In this document: piece by piece, positions 55,828 through 64,000 of the stretch
Layout: each line of letters begins with the position of its first letter
How positions within the stretch are numbered: position 1 is the first letter of the stretch
Assembly: GCA_016188475.1 (NCBI GenBank)
Contig: JACPHT010000007.1
Location: 16,467-80,466 of the forward strand
DNA length: 64,000 bases
Direction of reading: 5' to 3'
Source: Candidatus Uhrbacteria bacterium
Lineage (GTDB): Bacteria > Patescibacteriota > Patescibacteriia > UBA9934 > GWF2-40-263
Position numbers and translations under genes: made by a program
The notes under the pieces: generated by a model
What the model was told of the DNA's origin: nothing
Databases searched by the model: none
The model's input: the letters and a program-made list of their open reading frames with translations, nothing else

Positions 55828-55869
55828 GGTAAAGTTATGCCTTCGACAGGCTCAGGTAATAACTTTACC
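55828..55869. repeat. Hairpin element with a conserved TTCGACAGGCTCA loop (stem GGTAAAGTTAT / ATAACTTTACC, a perfect 11 bp).
   Basis: Direct reading. Confidence 0.75.
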
Positions 55870-55899
55870 TAGGTCAAAGGGCTCAGAATAACAAACGAT

Positions 55900-55931
55900 A
55901 TAAAACCAAAACCCCCGCGAAAAGCGGGGGT
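55900..55931 (-). terminator. Rho-independent terminator after the large surface-protein gene (CCCCCGCTTTTCGCGGGGG followed by TTTTGGTTTT on the minus strand).
   Basis: Direct reading. Confidence 0.6.
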
Positions 55932-55954
55932 TGTTTGGTTCTTAATTCTCGCAT

Positions 55955-55994
55955 CCTTCGACTCCGGCAAATTATTGCCTGAGCCTGTCGAAGG
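55955..55994. repeat. Partial inverted pair of the same motif (CCTTCGACTCCGG ... CCTGAGCCTGTCGAAGG).
   Basis: Direct reading. Confidence 0.6.
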
Positions 55995-56036
55995 CCGTAA
56001 CTGCCTCCGCTCAGGGTATATGAGAGTCAAGTTAGA

Positions 56037-59000
56037 TTACTTGGACCATGTCTCGCCTGCGAGATCAAGGTTCTTAACCAAGAATCCATTGTGCCAGTCG
56101 CCTGTTGAACTTGCGTTCGCGGCAGACGCGTGGCTTGCGGCGCTAATATCAGACCAGATGAGCTCTGCGGCAGTTCCGTCAGATGTATTGGCGGCTGCGC
56201 TTGTAAAGAGCTCCATGATTTCTGACTGACCAGCACCCTGATCTGTTTCGTCGTTGATATAGACGCTTGTGCCATTTGTAGCCGCATCTTGAGCCAAGTA
56301 GAAGCTCACTGAATCGCCAACAGTGTCAGCACCTACTGTGCGGAATCCTGTTGGAGTTCCACGAACAGTGTAGGTAACTGTTTCACCTTGAGAGATTGTG
56401 TCTTCTGTTGTCCAAGTTACGATTACTCTCGTGCTTGGTGTGGCATCAACGATACCTGTTGTGTCGGAAACAACGTTTCCAAGTTCATCAACGATTGTTG
56501 TCGAAGACGTGATGTCAGAACCGTTCTTGTAAATCTTGAGCGATTCGACTTCGAGTGTGTCACCTGTTCCACCGTCAGACCATGCTGTTGTGAGCTTGAA
56601 TTGCTTCAATGCAACAGATCCGCCAGAGGCAGTCAAAGTGAACTTATACATATCTTGTGCCTGTCCGTTCACAAGTGTGCTGTTTGTAAGATCAACAGCG
56701 CTAAGTGTTGGGATTGAAGCAAAGACGTATTGTGAGTTTCCGTTAACACTGGAGAATTCTGATCCAGATGTTTCGGTTGTTTCAACTCCGTTGCTGTCAG
56801 CAAACTTCACAGAGTAGAGAGTGTTTGCAACATCGGTTTGTGATGTGCCCGCTCCGACTCCGACACTGTTTAGAAGATACTTGACAGTCAAAATCTTTGT
56901 CGCGTTAGCGGCAACCGGAATGCTAAGACCTGTCCATGTTGCTCGCGTGAGCGAGCTTTCGTCGTACACAGTTGAAGCCTTGAGTGTGCTTCCGTCATAC
57001 AAACGAACTTCACCAACGAGCCCAGAAGCTGTTGCGCTTGCAACGCTTGTGGTCATTTCCTCGATAGTATAGCTCTCGTTTGACGCGCTGAAGCGATACT
57101 TGGCGGCTGTAACTTCCTGGTTTCCATAAACAATCGCGGCAACTGGGTGATCGTCATTGAACTCGGTAAATGTACCGGCTGTGATGGTCACTGTTTGACC
57201 TGCCTGTTTTGATGTTGATGGAGACGTGCCTGACTTCACTGATGTTCCGTTTGCATCAAAGGCTGTCTGAATGACTTCACCTGTTGAGATAGCTGAATCA
57301 ATATCAGCATATGCTTCAACATAGATAGTCTCACCGGCTTTCAACTCGTAGTTGATAGACCATGTGTTTGACGTTTCAGAGATCGAGCCCTTTATGCTGG
57401 TCATTACCATGTTTGAGGCAGGACCATATTTGAGATAGAGGTTATACATGTCTCCAGCGGCTGGCTCTGAAGTATCAGATGTCGCTGTATCTGTCTGGTC
57501 AAAGTCGATGTTGAAATCTGTCAAGTTGATACCTTCTGAAGTACCTGCTGTAACTGTGTAAGAACCAATCTTATAAGCAGTCTTTGGATCAATTGTTGTC
57601 TGGTTCGCGTATGAACCATTCTTGGCAACGGTCAATGCCGCGGCCGCAACTGTCAACGTGTTTGCGATAACAGCGGCGCCATCTGGTGCATCAATGTAGC
57701 TACCAGATGTCATTCGCTGAACGTTGAGAACGTTGTTCATGTCAGATATTTCAGCACGGATCGTGTCAGCATCTTCGATGTTGTCTGTTCCATCTGAATC
57801 GAATATGTCTGAACGGATTTCAAGTGATGCTGGAACCCCAGGACTGACAATAAACGATGAGCCGAACGAGTACGATGTGTAATCAGTTCCTGCTCCTGCG
57901 TTTGCCTCAAGTCCTGTTGTGCTTCCAATCTGCACACCGTTTAAGTATACAGCACCATTTCGCAATGTAACGTCATTGCCATCGCTCTCTGTGAAAGCAA
58001 AGCGTAGGTTTTCAACTTTCATCTTTTCTCCGAACGCTTTAATTGTCCACTTTCCAAGAGTAACGCCAGAAGACGTCTCTACGATATTCCCTGTTGGGGA
58101 ATCCGTGGTCTTGGTAAATGTAAGAGAACCACTTGCCATTGTCTGTAAACCAGCATCCATGGCTGAGAATGTGCTTGAACCAACAGTTGAAAGAACTGGC
58201 TGTCCGTAGTCAGAATCAACTGCTACGAAGTCAGCGCTGTTTCGAAGACCAACTTGGACTGTGCGACCAGATCCGCCGATAACGTCGGCCATGACTTTAA
58301 CCTGATGGTTACCGGTCTTGAGCTCGATTGGAGCGGCTGAAAGATCAAATGTCACATAACCAAGAGAATCTTCTGAAGCAACTGAACTTCCTCGCTTGAC
58401 ACCACCGACATAGAGTTGCCAGTTATTGACATCTACTGCGTCAATGGAACCAATGTTGCGAACGCGAACTGCTTTGAGCGAGAGTTCATTTGTTCCAACT
58501 GAAAGTGTGCGCTCAAATAGTTTAATTCCTTCTGCTGGATCAACACTTGTATTTGCGGTTGGAGTTGTGCTTCCTGAGAAATCAGCTGTACCAAATGTGC
58601 TTGGCTGAGAAGCGATTGTGTGAGTTGCTCCAACAAGTGGGAAGGAACCGGAAGCTGCACCACCGTTTGAGAATGTCAAATCTGAAGCAGAAGCGAGCTT
58701 AAGACCAACGGTTTGGCCGTTTGTGCTTGCGGCAATGTCAGAACGCACGACAACTTCCTTTGAAGCGCCAGGAGCGATTGCAAAAAGACCTGATGCATCA
58801 TTGAAAGTAACTTTTCCATCAGAGATTGTTGCGACGTCCGTCAAACGAACGAAGCCATCAAAGAGGTAAAGGTTAGACAATGTTGTGTCTGAAGAAACTC
58901 CAAGGCGAGCAAGAGTCACTTTGTTAAGTTTAACTTCAGAAGCTGAATTGTTGGTAAGTTTCAAGTGTGCTAGATCGGCAATACCTTGTCCAGCAATCAG

Positions 59001-59771
59001 TGTTGAAGCTGAAGGCGATCCGGCAAAACTGACGGAAACATCCTTTGAGCTGACAACCTCACTTGTCGTAACTTTTTGTGCCGCGTCTGTGAGGTAAGCA
59101 AGTTTCGCTGTCACTTCGTCGCCGGCTGAAAGGCCAGAGAGTGTTGCGCCAGATCCGTCAAGCACAAAGCCTGACTTAAAGTTGTTGGCTGTAAAGCCAG
59201 CGCTTGAAACTTTTAATTTCTTACCACCCCAAACGAGGTAGTTGTCTGAACCGATCTTTACAAGTGCCCCTTCATAAGCTGAAGCTGCGCTTGTTAGAGA
59301 ATCGCCGACTGTGTAATCAACGAAGAAAACGTCTGGAACATCATCGATGTTTTGGTTCCAGTCGCTACCTGCGAGACCTTTGGCCACCTCTTCTGATTCA
59401 ATCCATCGGACTGAACCGTTTTTGGCAACCGCGTATGTCTTATTATCACTGGTAATTTTGATCCATCGTGAACCTGGGCGGTAAACAATGTTTCCACCGA
59501 GTGGAATTGCGGCAAGTTCAGAATCAGACAATGTTACAAGACCGCTGAAATCAACGTACCAAGTATTAAATGTCTTTAAGTTTGGGAACGAATAGCGTTG
59601 ACCGTCTGAACCGTAGTAATAAACGGTTGAGAGCGTCGAGCCCTTGATCAGGTCGCCGTAAGCTGCGGCTGAAGCCTGTTGTGGGACGAGCGCGGCAAAA
59701 CCGACAGACCATAGAATGGTCGCGGCAACTACCGCAACGGTAAGCGCTCGTTGTGCAATAGAATTGGTCAT
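56037..59771 (-). CDS. Very large (1244 aa) secreted cell-surface protein. It has Thr/Ser/Gly-rich Ig-like beta-sandwich repeats, and its N-terminal region is distantly related to the shared S8/BNR C-terminal domain.
   Basis: Signal peptide (MTNSIAQRALTVAVVAATILWSVGFAALVPQQASA). Repetitive composition. The gene is GC-richer than its surroundings. Confidence 0.55.
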   Translation of the reverse strand: MTNSIAQRALTVAVVAATILWSVGFAALVPQQASAAAYGDLIKGSTLSTVYYYGSDGQRYSFPNLKTFNTWYVDFSGLVTLSDSELAAIPLGGNIVYRPGSRWIKITSDNKTYAVAKNGSVRWIESEEVAKGLAGSDWNQNIDDVPDVFFVDYTVGDSLTSAASAYEGALVKIGSDNYLVWGGKKLKVSSAGFTANNFKSGFVLDGSGATLSGLSAGDEVTAKLAYLTDAAQKVTTSEVVSSKDVSVSFAGSPSASTLIAGQGIADLAHLKLTNNSASEVKLNKVTLARLGVSSDTTLSNLYLFDGFVRLTDVATISDGKVTFNDASGLFAIAPGASKEVVVRSDIAASTNGQTVGLKLASASDLTFSNGGAASGSFPLVGATHTIASQPSTFGTADFSGSTTPTANTSVDPAEGIKLFERTLSVGTNELSLKAVRVRNIGSIDAVDVNNWQLYVGGVKRGSSVASEDSLGYVTFDLSAAPIELKTGNHQVKVMADVIGGSGRTVQVGLRNSADFVAVDSDYGQPVLSTVGSSTFSAMDAGLQTMASGSLTFTKTTDSPTGNIVETSSGVTLGKWTIKAFGEKMKVENLRFAFTESDGNDVTLRNGAVYLNGVQIGSTTGLEANAGAGTDYTSYSFGSSFIVSPGVPASLEIRSDIFDSDGTDNIEDADTIRAEISDMNNVLNVQRMTSGSYIDAPDGAAVIANTLTVAAAALTVAKNGSYANQTTIDPKTAYKIGSYTVTAGTSEGINLTDFNIDFDQTDTATSDTSEPAAGDMYNLYLKYGPASNMVMTSIKGSISETSNTWSINYELKAGETIYVEAYADIDSAISTGEVIQTAFDANGTSVKSGTSPSTSKQAGQTVTITAGTFTEFNDDHPVAAIVYGNQEVTAAKYRFSASNESYTIEEMTTSVASATASGLVGEVRLYDGSTLKASTVYDESSLTRATWTGLSIPVAANATKILTVKYLLNSVGVGAGTSQTDVANTLYSVKFADSNGVETTETSGSEFSSVNGNSQYVFASIPTLSAVDLTNSTLVNGQAQDMYKFTLTASGGSVALKQFKLTTAWSDGGTGDTLEVESLKIYKNGSDITSSTTIVDELGNVVSDTTGIVDATPSTRVIVTWTTEDTISQGETVTYTVRGTPTGFRTVGADTVGDSVSFYLAQDAATNGTSVYINDETDQGAGQSEIMELFTSAAANTSDGTAAELIWSDISAASHASAANASSTGDWHNGFLVKNLDLAGETWSK

Positions 59772-59962
59772 AATAAATTGAACTGTTTCTCAGATTTGGG
59801 CTCTGAGGGGCCGTTAGGATTTAATTACGCAACGTAGCCTCTCGGCTTCGACCTTTCAACGCGCGCGAATTAATAAGATTACGCTATTCGAACGAGCTTT
59901 TACGCGCGTTCAAACAGTGAGCCAGGGTTCTTTCGCTGTGGAAAGAAACCCGACTCAAGTGT

Positions 59963-60046
59963 GTCATTGCGAGACGATCGAATGATCGTCGAAGCAATCT
60001 CTGTACTTGGATTGCTTCGTCGGCCGTACAGCCTCCTCGCAATGAC
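59963..60046. repeat. Nested-stem element, copy 3.
   Basis: GTCATTGCGAG-ACGATCGAATGATCGT-CGAAGCAATCTCT..GATTGCTTCG..CCTCGCAATGAC. Confidence 0.75.
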
Positions 60047-60061
60047 ACGATAGTCTATTGC

Positions 60062-60946
60062 TCACTCCACTACTACCTCCTTCAACAACTGAAACGCTCG
60101 ACGATACGCGCCTTCTTTCTTCAATAAAATTGCTGTTTCAATTTTCTGTTTTTGTTCAAGCGTCAAATCTTTTGCTTCCAACGTCGCGACTTCTTGTTCA
60201 AATGTTTTTTCAAGTTCGCGCGCGACTGCTTCGTCTTCAGTTGCTTCATGAGCTGTGATAATCACTTCAACAGCTTCGTCTTGTGTGTCTTTTAGAATTT
60301 GTTGAACAACATCTGTTTCCTGTTTAACATCATCCGGTAAATTTACGCTCGAGTCCGCAACTGTTTCTTGATACGCTTTTGTTTTTCGTCCAACTTCTTT
60401 TGCAAGTTCTGTTTGTGATGAAGTCGCGTTTTCTTGTTTCAAATCTGACTGAATGTTTTCCACTTCTTTCTTAAACTGTTGCATTGCAAGTCGAACCGCT
60501 GAAGCATTGTCTTTATATTCTGTTGCTGTAAGAGCCACCATTTCTTCCAAACGTCTTGATGTGAATTCGACTTGCAATTTTGCTTTTTGCGAAGGACTAA
60601 ACGCTGTTGCTAATTGGATTTTTTCAAGAGAAAGTTTCACGTTGTACATTTTTTCGCCAGGAAGCGCGTTAAACGAAGAGCTGTTCGCGCTTGCAAATCC
60701 GCCAAGCAACAGCAAAAACACAGCCATGCTAATTGCAAGCGGTTTTACAATTGTGCGGCTGAACTGAAACACATAAAATTCAAGATAATCACGGAAGCCG
60801 TAATCAACTTTTTCATTTTCGTTGCTTTTTGGAAAATCATTTTCTTCAGCAAAACGATTCCACAATTTCTGTGTATCAAATCCTGCTCCCATTTCTGGTG
60901 CATCTTTTATTGACTCGAGTAATTTTTCAAAATCCCGCTCGTTCAT
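60062..60946 (-). CDS. Putative membrane-anchored anti-sigma factor (DUF5667-like).
   Basis: Immediately downstream of an ECF sigma gene and overlapping it. Single TM followed by a coiled extracytoplasmic region. Confidence 0.45.
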   Translation of the reverse strand: MNERDFEKLLESIKDAPEMGAGFDTQKLWNRFAEENDFPKSNENEKVDYGFRDYLEFYVFQFSRTIVKPLAISMAVFLLLLGGFASANSSSFNALPGEKMYNVKLSLEKIQLATAFSPSQKAKLQVEFTSRRLEEMVALTATEYKDNASAVRLAMQQFKKEVENIQSDLKQENATSSQTELAKEVGRKTKAYQETVADSSVNLPDDVKQETDVVQQILKDTQDEAVEVIITAHEATEDEAVARELEKTFEQEVATLEAKDLTLEQKQKIETAILLKKEGAYRRAFQLLKEVVVE

Positions 60947-61484
60947 ATAGATCTTTGAGTTTTTTGATCGCTCGATGAAGCATTACTGATGTTGCGTTTT
61001 CAGTTTTTCCAAAATATTTCGCGATGTGCTTTACAGAGTATCCTTCCAAATACCGCAGAATTATTATCTCTTGATCGTCTTCATCAAGTTCTTTCATTTT
61101 TTCTCTAACAAATGCCGCGTCCACTTTATCCATTATCTTTTGCGGCGAAAGAACAGATGGGATTTGCTTTTCAGTCCCATCTTCATTTTCAATCGGAACA
61201 ATCTTTACTCTCCCACTTTTTTCATAGTGACTTGCTATAACGTTTCGCGCGACAGTGAAAAGCAGTCCGTTAAAGTGTTTCACCTCTGTTCTTATAATAT
61301 AGTCCCAAACCTGCAGTAATACAGTTGAATACGCATCTTCTGCGTCTTCTTTTGTCGGAAGTCTGAAATGCAGAAATCTCAGAACTCCAGAACCATACAT
61401 TTTGACCAATTTTTCAAAAGCAGCCTTGTCCTGAAAGCCGCGAATCCTTAGTAAAAGAAATTGTTCTAATTTGTCTGGCGACAC
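60927..61484 (-). CDS. RNA polymerase sigma-70 factor, ECF subfamily.
   Basis: Region 2 (AEDAYSTVLLQVW) and region 4 HTH (LEGYSVKHIAKYFGKTENATSVMLHRAIKKL). Length is 185 aa. Confidence 0.8.
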   Translation of the reverse strand: MSPDKLEQFLLLRIRGFQDKAAFEKLVKMYGSGVLRFLHFRLPTKEDAEDAYSTVLLQVWDYIIRTEVKHFNGLLFTVARNVIASHYEKSGRVKIVPIENEDGTEKQIPSVLSPQKIMDKVDAAFVREKMKELDEDDQEIIILRYLEGYSVKHIAKYFGKTENATSVMLHRAIKKLKDLYERAGF

Positions 61485-61639
61485 AGAGGTATATATAAGT
61501 AGTGGTTCTTACACAATGGCTGGATTCTAGCTTATATTTGCCAAAATTACAAGAGTTTTACTCATTTACTTGACTTTTTCTTGAATTTTGCATACACTGG
61601 TGTAAACAAAAAGAGTTGTGCACAGCATGTAATGAATCT

Positions 61640-61675
61640 TCATACTGCCTTCGACAGGCTCAGGCAATAAACGTA
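61640..61675. repeat. TTCGACAGGCTCA motif copy (GCCTTCGACAGGCTCAGGC) in the divergent promoter region.
   Basis: Direct reading. Confidence 0.65.
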
Positions 61676-61701
61676 TTTAGTAATTCAAAGACTTACTTAA
61701 T

Positions 61702-61995
61702 ATGACAAAAGACGCAATTAGACTATCGGTTTCTGAAGCCGCGCGAATGTTCGGGGTTAGTCCGATCACAATTCGAAGGGCAATCAAGGATCAAGAGATC
61801 ACTTATGTCGTTGTTCAGGGACGCTATAAGATAAATTTCGAGTCTCTTCTTCGTTGGTCACAGCGAACAACAACAGTCCGAAACAAACGCGACGAAAGCG
61901 GTATCGGACAGTTTGTTGAGCAATGGAAAATCCGAAACAAACTCTTTTCCCCTAATCCACGCGGCGTAAAGGAGGAAGACGAAAAATCTTCCTAA
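61702..61995 (+). CDS. Helix-turn-helix DNA-binding protein (excisionase/MerR-like HTH_17 type).
   Basis: LSVSEAARMFGVSPITIRRAIKDQEI. Length is 97 aa. Confidence 0.5.
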   Translation: MTKDAIRLSVSEAARMFGVSPITIRRAIKDQEITYVVVQGRYKINFESLLRWSQRTTTVRNKRDESGIGQFVEQWKIRNKLFSPNPRGVKEEDEKSS

Positions 61996-61996
61996 T

Positions 61997-64000
61997 ATGT
62001 TTCGTTCACTCACTTCGGCCGTTCTGATTATTGTAATGATGTTCTCGTTTTTTCCTGGCCGAGTTTTTGCAAAAACAAATACGAACAATTTTGTACGCTC
62101 CGCAATTGTATTTTTGTGGGGCGGTTCTTTGCTTGATAATAATATCGAACGGCTCGCGAAATTTGATTTACTTGTTCTTGGTTCTGAAGCTCAAGTTTAC
62201 AATAGTTCATTCTTTTCAAACATACGAAAACTAAATCCTGACATTATAATACTAGCTTATGTTCCGACTGTAAGTTGGAATGACGCGTATTGGACTGATC
62301 CGCTTCACAAAGCAATGTATCCAAACATTAAATCGGATTGGTGGTTGAAAGACGTGCAAGGAAATCAAAAATCAGTCTGGCCGAATACTCGTGCGCTGAA
62401 TTTGAATTCTGGATGGATTGACTATCTATCAAGCCACGTCAAAAACGATCTGCTCTCAACCGGTAATTGGGATGGAATTTTTTATGATGAAGTTCAAGAT
62501 TCGATAAGTTGGGTTGGAGCGACTGACGTTAATAATGACGGACAAACCGATTCTGTAAGCGAAGCTGACGCGCTTTGGGCTGAAAATTACAAAAAACTTT
62601 TTGAAAACACGCGCGCAAAAGTTGGAAACGACACAATCATAATCACAAACGGAAGTTCAAATCCATTGTTTGCCCCGTATATCAACGGAAGAATGTTTGA
62701 GACTTTCCCTTCATCTCACAACACACTTGCCGAATGGAAAAACATGACAAATCAATATTTCAATTTGGAAAAAATCGTTGGATACGATCCTGATATTTTT
62801 TTCATTAACTCAAACACAGATAACACTGGTGGAGTTGGAACCCAACAAGATTATCAAGCTGTCAGGTTTGGTTTGACAACAACACTTCTAGGAGACGGTT
62901 ATTTTGGATATGACGCTGGTTCAACAAACCATGCTGTTATTTGGGAATATGACGAATACGATGTTGCTTTGGGAGACCCAAAAGAGACGATTAAAAATGT
63001 TGACATTGGCGTTTGGCAAAGAGATTACACGCAAGGAAAAGTCATTGTTAACGCAACAGAAAAAGAATCAACAATCAATTTGGGCGGAGACTTTGAAAAA
63101 TTGCACGGCACACAAGATCCGAAAACAAACGATGGTTCGATTATTTCAAATATCACGATCAAAAGTAAGGACGGAATTATTTTGCTTCGCCCGATTGAAG
63201 AATTGCTAAATACAACATTTTTGAATGGCGCGTTCGCGCGTGTTTTTTCCGCAAATGGAAAACAAAAACGAACCGGATTTTTTGCGTATAACAGTTTGTT
63301 TCGTGGCGGAACACAAGTTGTAACTTATGATCTTGATAACGACGGTAAGCGCGAAACTGTTGTCGCTGATGAAACTTATGTTTCAATTTATCGAGAGGAT
63401 GAAACTTTGCAAGTTAAATTCGCTCCATATACAGAGACATTCAAAAAAGGAATAAACATCGCGGTTGGCGATATTGAGAATGATGGATCAGTCGAGATTG
63501 TAACAGGAACTGAAAACGGCGGCGGACCACATGTGCGAGTTTTCAATAAAGATGGGGTGCTGATCAATCCTGGTTTTTTCGCGTATGCCAAAAATTTCCG
63601 TGGCGGAGTGAACGTGGCGATTGGAGATTTGAATGGCGATGGAATAAAGGAGATCGTAACTGGCGCTGGATATAAAGGCGGGCCCCATGTTCGCGTGTAT
63701 AACAAAGACGGAAAACTCATCAATCCTGGATTTTTCGCATACAATCCATCTTTCCGAGGTGGTGTGAATGTTTCAGTTGCTGATGTTGATGGTGACAAAA
63801 TTGATGACATTATAACTGGCCCAGGAATTGGCGGCGAACCGCTCGCGCGCGTGTTTAACAAAGATGGAAAGTTAAAAAATGAGTTTTATGTGTTTGATAA
63901 AAAAGAACGAAACGGCCTTAAAGTTGTTGCAAACGATGTTGATGGTGATGGACGAGCTGAGGTTTTAGGACTCACAACAAATGTGTTTACGTTGAGTGGG
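61997..64000 (+). CDS. Secreted protein with an N-terminal putative TIM-barrel glycoside-hydrolase-like domain and C-terminal FG-GAP repeats. The C-terminus is cut by the window edge.
   Basis: Open frame from the ATG at 61997 to the window end, missing from the ORF track because no stop lies in the window. Signal peptide present. FG-GAP repeats (DLDNDGKRE, DIENDGSVEI, DLNGDGIKEI, DVDGDKIDDI, DVDGDGRAEV). Confidence 0.6.
   Translation, partial: MFRSLTSAVLIIVMMFSFFPGRVFAKTNTNNFVRSAIVFLWGGSLLDNNIERLAKFDLLVLGSEAQVYNSSFFSNIRKLNPDIIILAYVPTVSWNDAYWTDPLHKAMYPNIKSDWWLKDVQGNQKSVWPNTRALNLNSGWIDYLSSHVKNDLLSTGNWDGIFYDEVQDSISWVGATDVNNDGQTDSVSEADALWAENYKKLFENTRAKVGNDTIIITNGSSNPLFAPYINGRMFETFPSSHNTLAEWKNMTNQYFNLEKIVGYDPDIFFINSNTDNTGGVGTQQDYQAVRFGLTTTLLGDGYFGYDAGSTNHAVIWEYDEYDVALGDPKETIKNVDIGVWQRDYTQGKVIVNATEKESTINLGGDFEKLHGTQDPKTNDGSIISNITIKSKDGIILLRPIEELLNTTFLNGAFARVFSANGKQKRTGFFAYNSLFRGGTQVVTYDLDNDGKRETVVADETYVSIYREDETLQVKFAPYTETFKKGINIAVGDIENDGSVEIVTGTENGGGPHVRVFNKDGVLINPGFFAYAKNFRGGVNVAIGDLNGDGIKEIVTGAGYKGGPHVRVYNKDGKLINPGFFAYNPSFRGGVNVSVADVDGDKIDDIITGPGIGGEPLARVFNKDGKLKNEFYVFDKKERNGLKVVANDVDGDGRAEVLGLTTNVFTLSG

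Noticed and set aside
61702-61995. Excisionase-like HTH as a marker of an integrated prophage or ICE
   Set aside because: No integrase, recombinase, att-like direct repeats or phage structural genes are in the window. The HTH protein sits in a divergent promoter next to an ECF sigma operon and is more simply a local regulator.
1-64000. Alternative genetic code (UGA recoded, as in some candidate-phyla lineages)
   Set aside because: Long conserved genes (nrdJ at 1433 aa, lepA, recJ, dnaX, and the 1244-aa surface protein) read through without in-frame TGA under the standard code. They end at sensible positions, so code 11 is adequate.

Overview
This window is AT-rich and gene-dense, with short intergenic spacers and many 4-bp start/stop overlaps, and most genes lie on the minus strand. 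Gene content and the surface-protein repertoire (FG-GAP proteins, S8 peptidases, envelope glycosylation genes) are consistent with a small-genome, possibly Patescibacteria/CPR-like bacterium. That taxonomic placement is inference only.

Recognisable housekeeping genes are recJ, lepA, an RNase J-like MBL/beta-CASP nuclease, dus, a rimK-like ATP-grasp ligase, tRNA-Gln(CUG), dnaX, and a class II ribonucleotide reductase (nrdJ) that carries a LAGLIDADG intein. Also present are a class I pyridine nucleotide-disulfide oxidoreductase, a LOG-family protein, rpmB, hflX, hup, a riboflavin-kinase domain protein, a NUDIX hydrolase, ctpA (S41 peptidase) and a HIT protein.

A long envelope/glycosylation block covers about 31.8-49.4 kb. 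It holds RmlA/RmlB/RmlD-like dTDP-sugar genes, a UXS-like dehydratase, several GT2/GT4/GT-C glycosyltransferases and a CDP-alcohol phosphatidyltransferase. Downstream are two subtilisin-like S8 peptidases (one fused to FG-GAP repeats), a BNR/Asp-box propeller protein, a 1244-aa Ig-like surface protein preceded by an ECF sigma/anti-sigma pair, and a partial FG-GAP protein at the window end.

The most unusual property is the density of short, GC-rich dispersed repeat families, most with internal dyad symmetry. They occupy intergenic spacers and in some cases sit in-frame inside coding regions (dnaX, dus, a DUF2304-like gene, the BNR protein). At least six families are described under findings. 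Several look like structured-RNA or MITE-like elements with compensatory stem changes. I could not tie any of them to a known element.

Other points of interest are an orphan VirD4-like coupling ATPase between dnaX and nrdJ, a GC-rich probable island at 33.0-34.5 kb, and a near-identical C-terminal domain duplicated between an S8 peptidase and the BNR protein.
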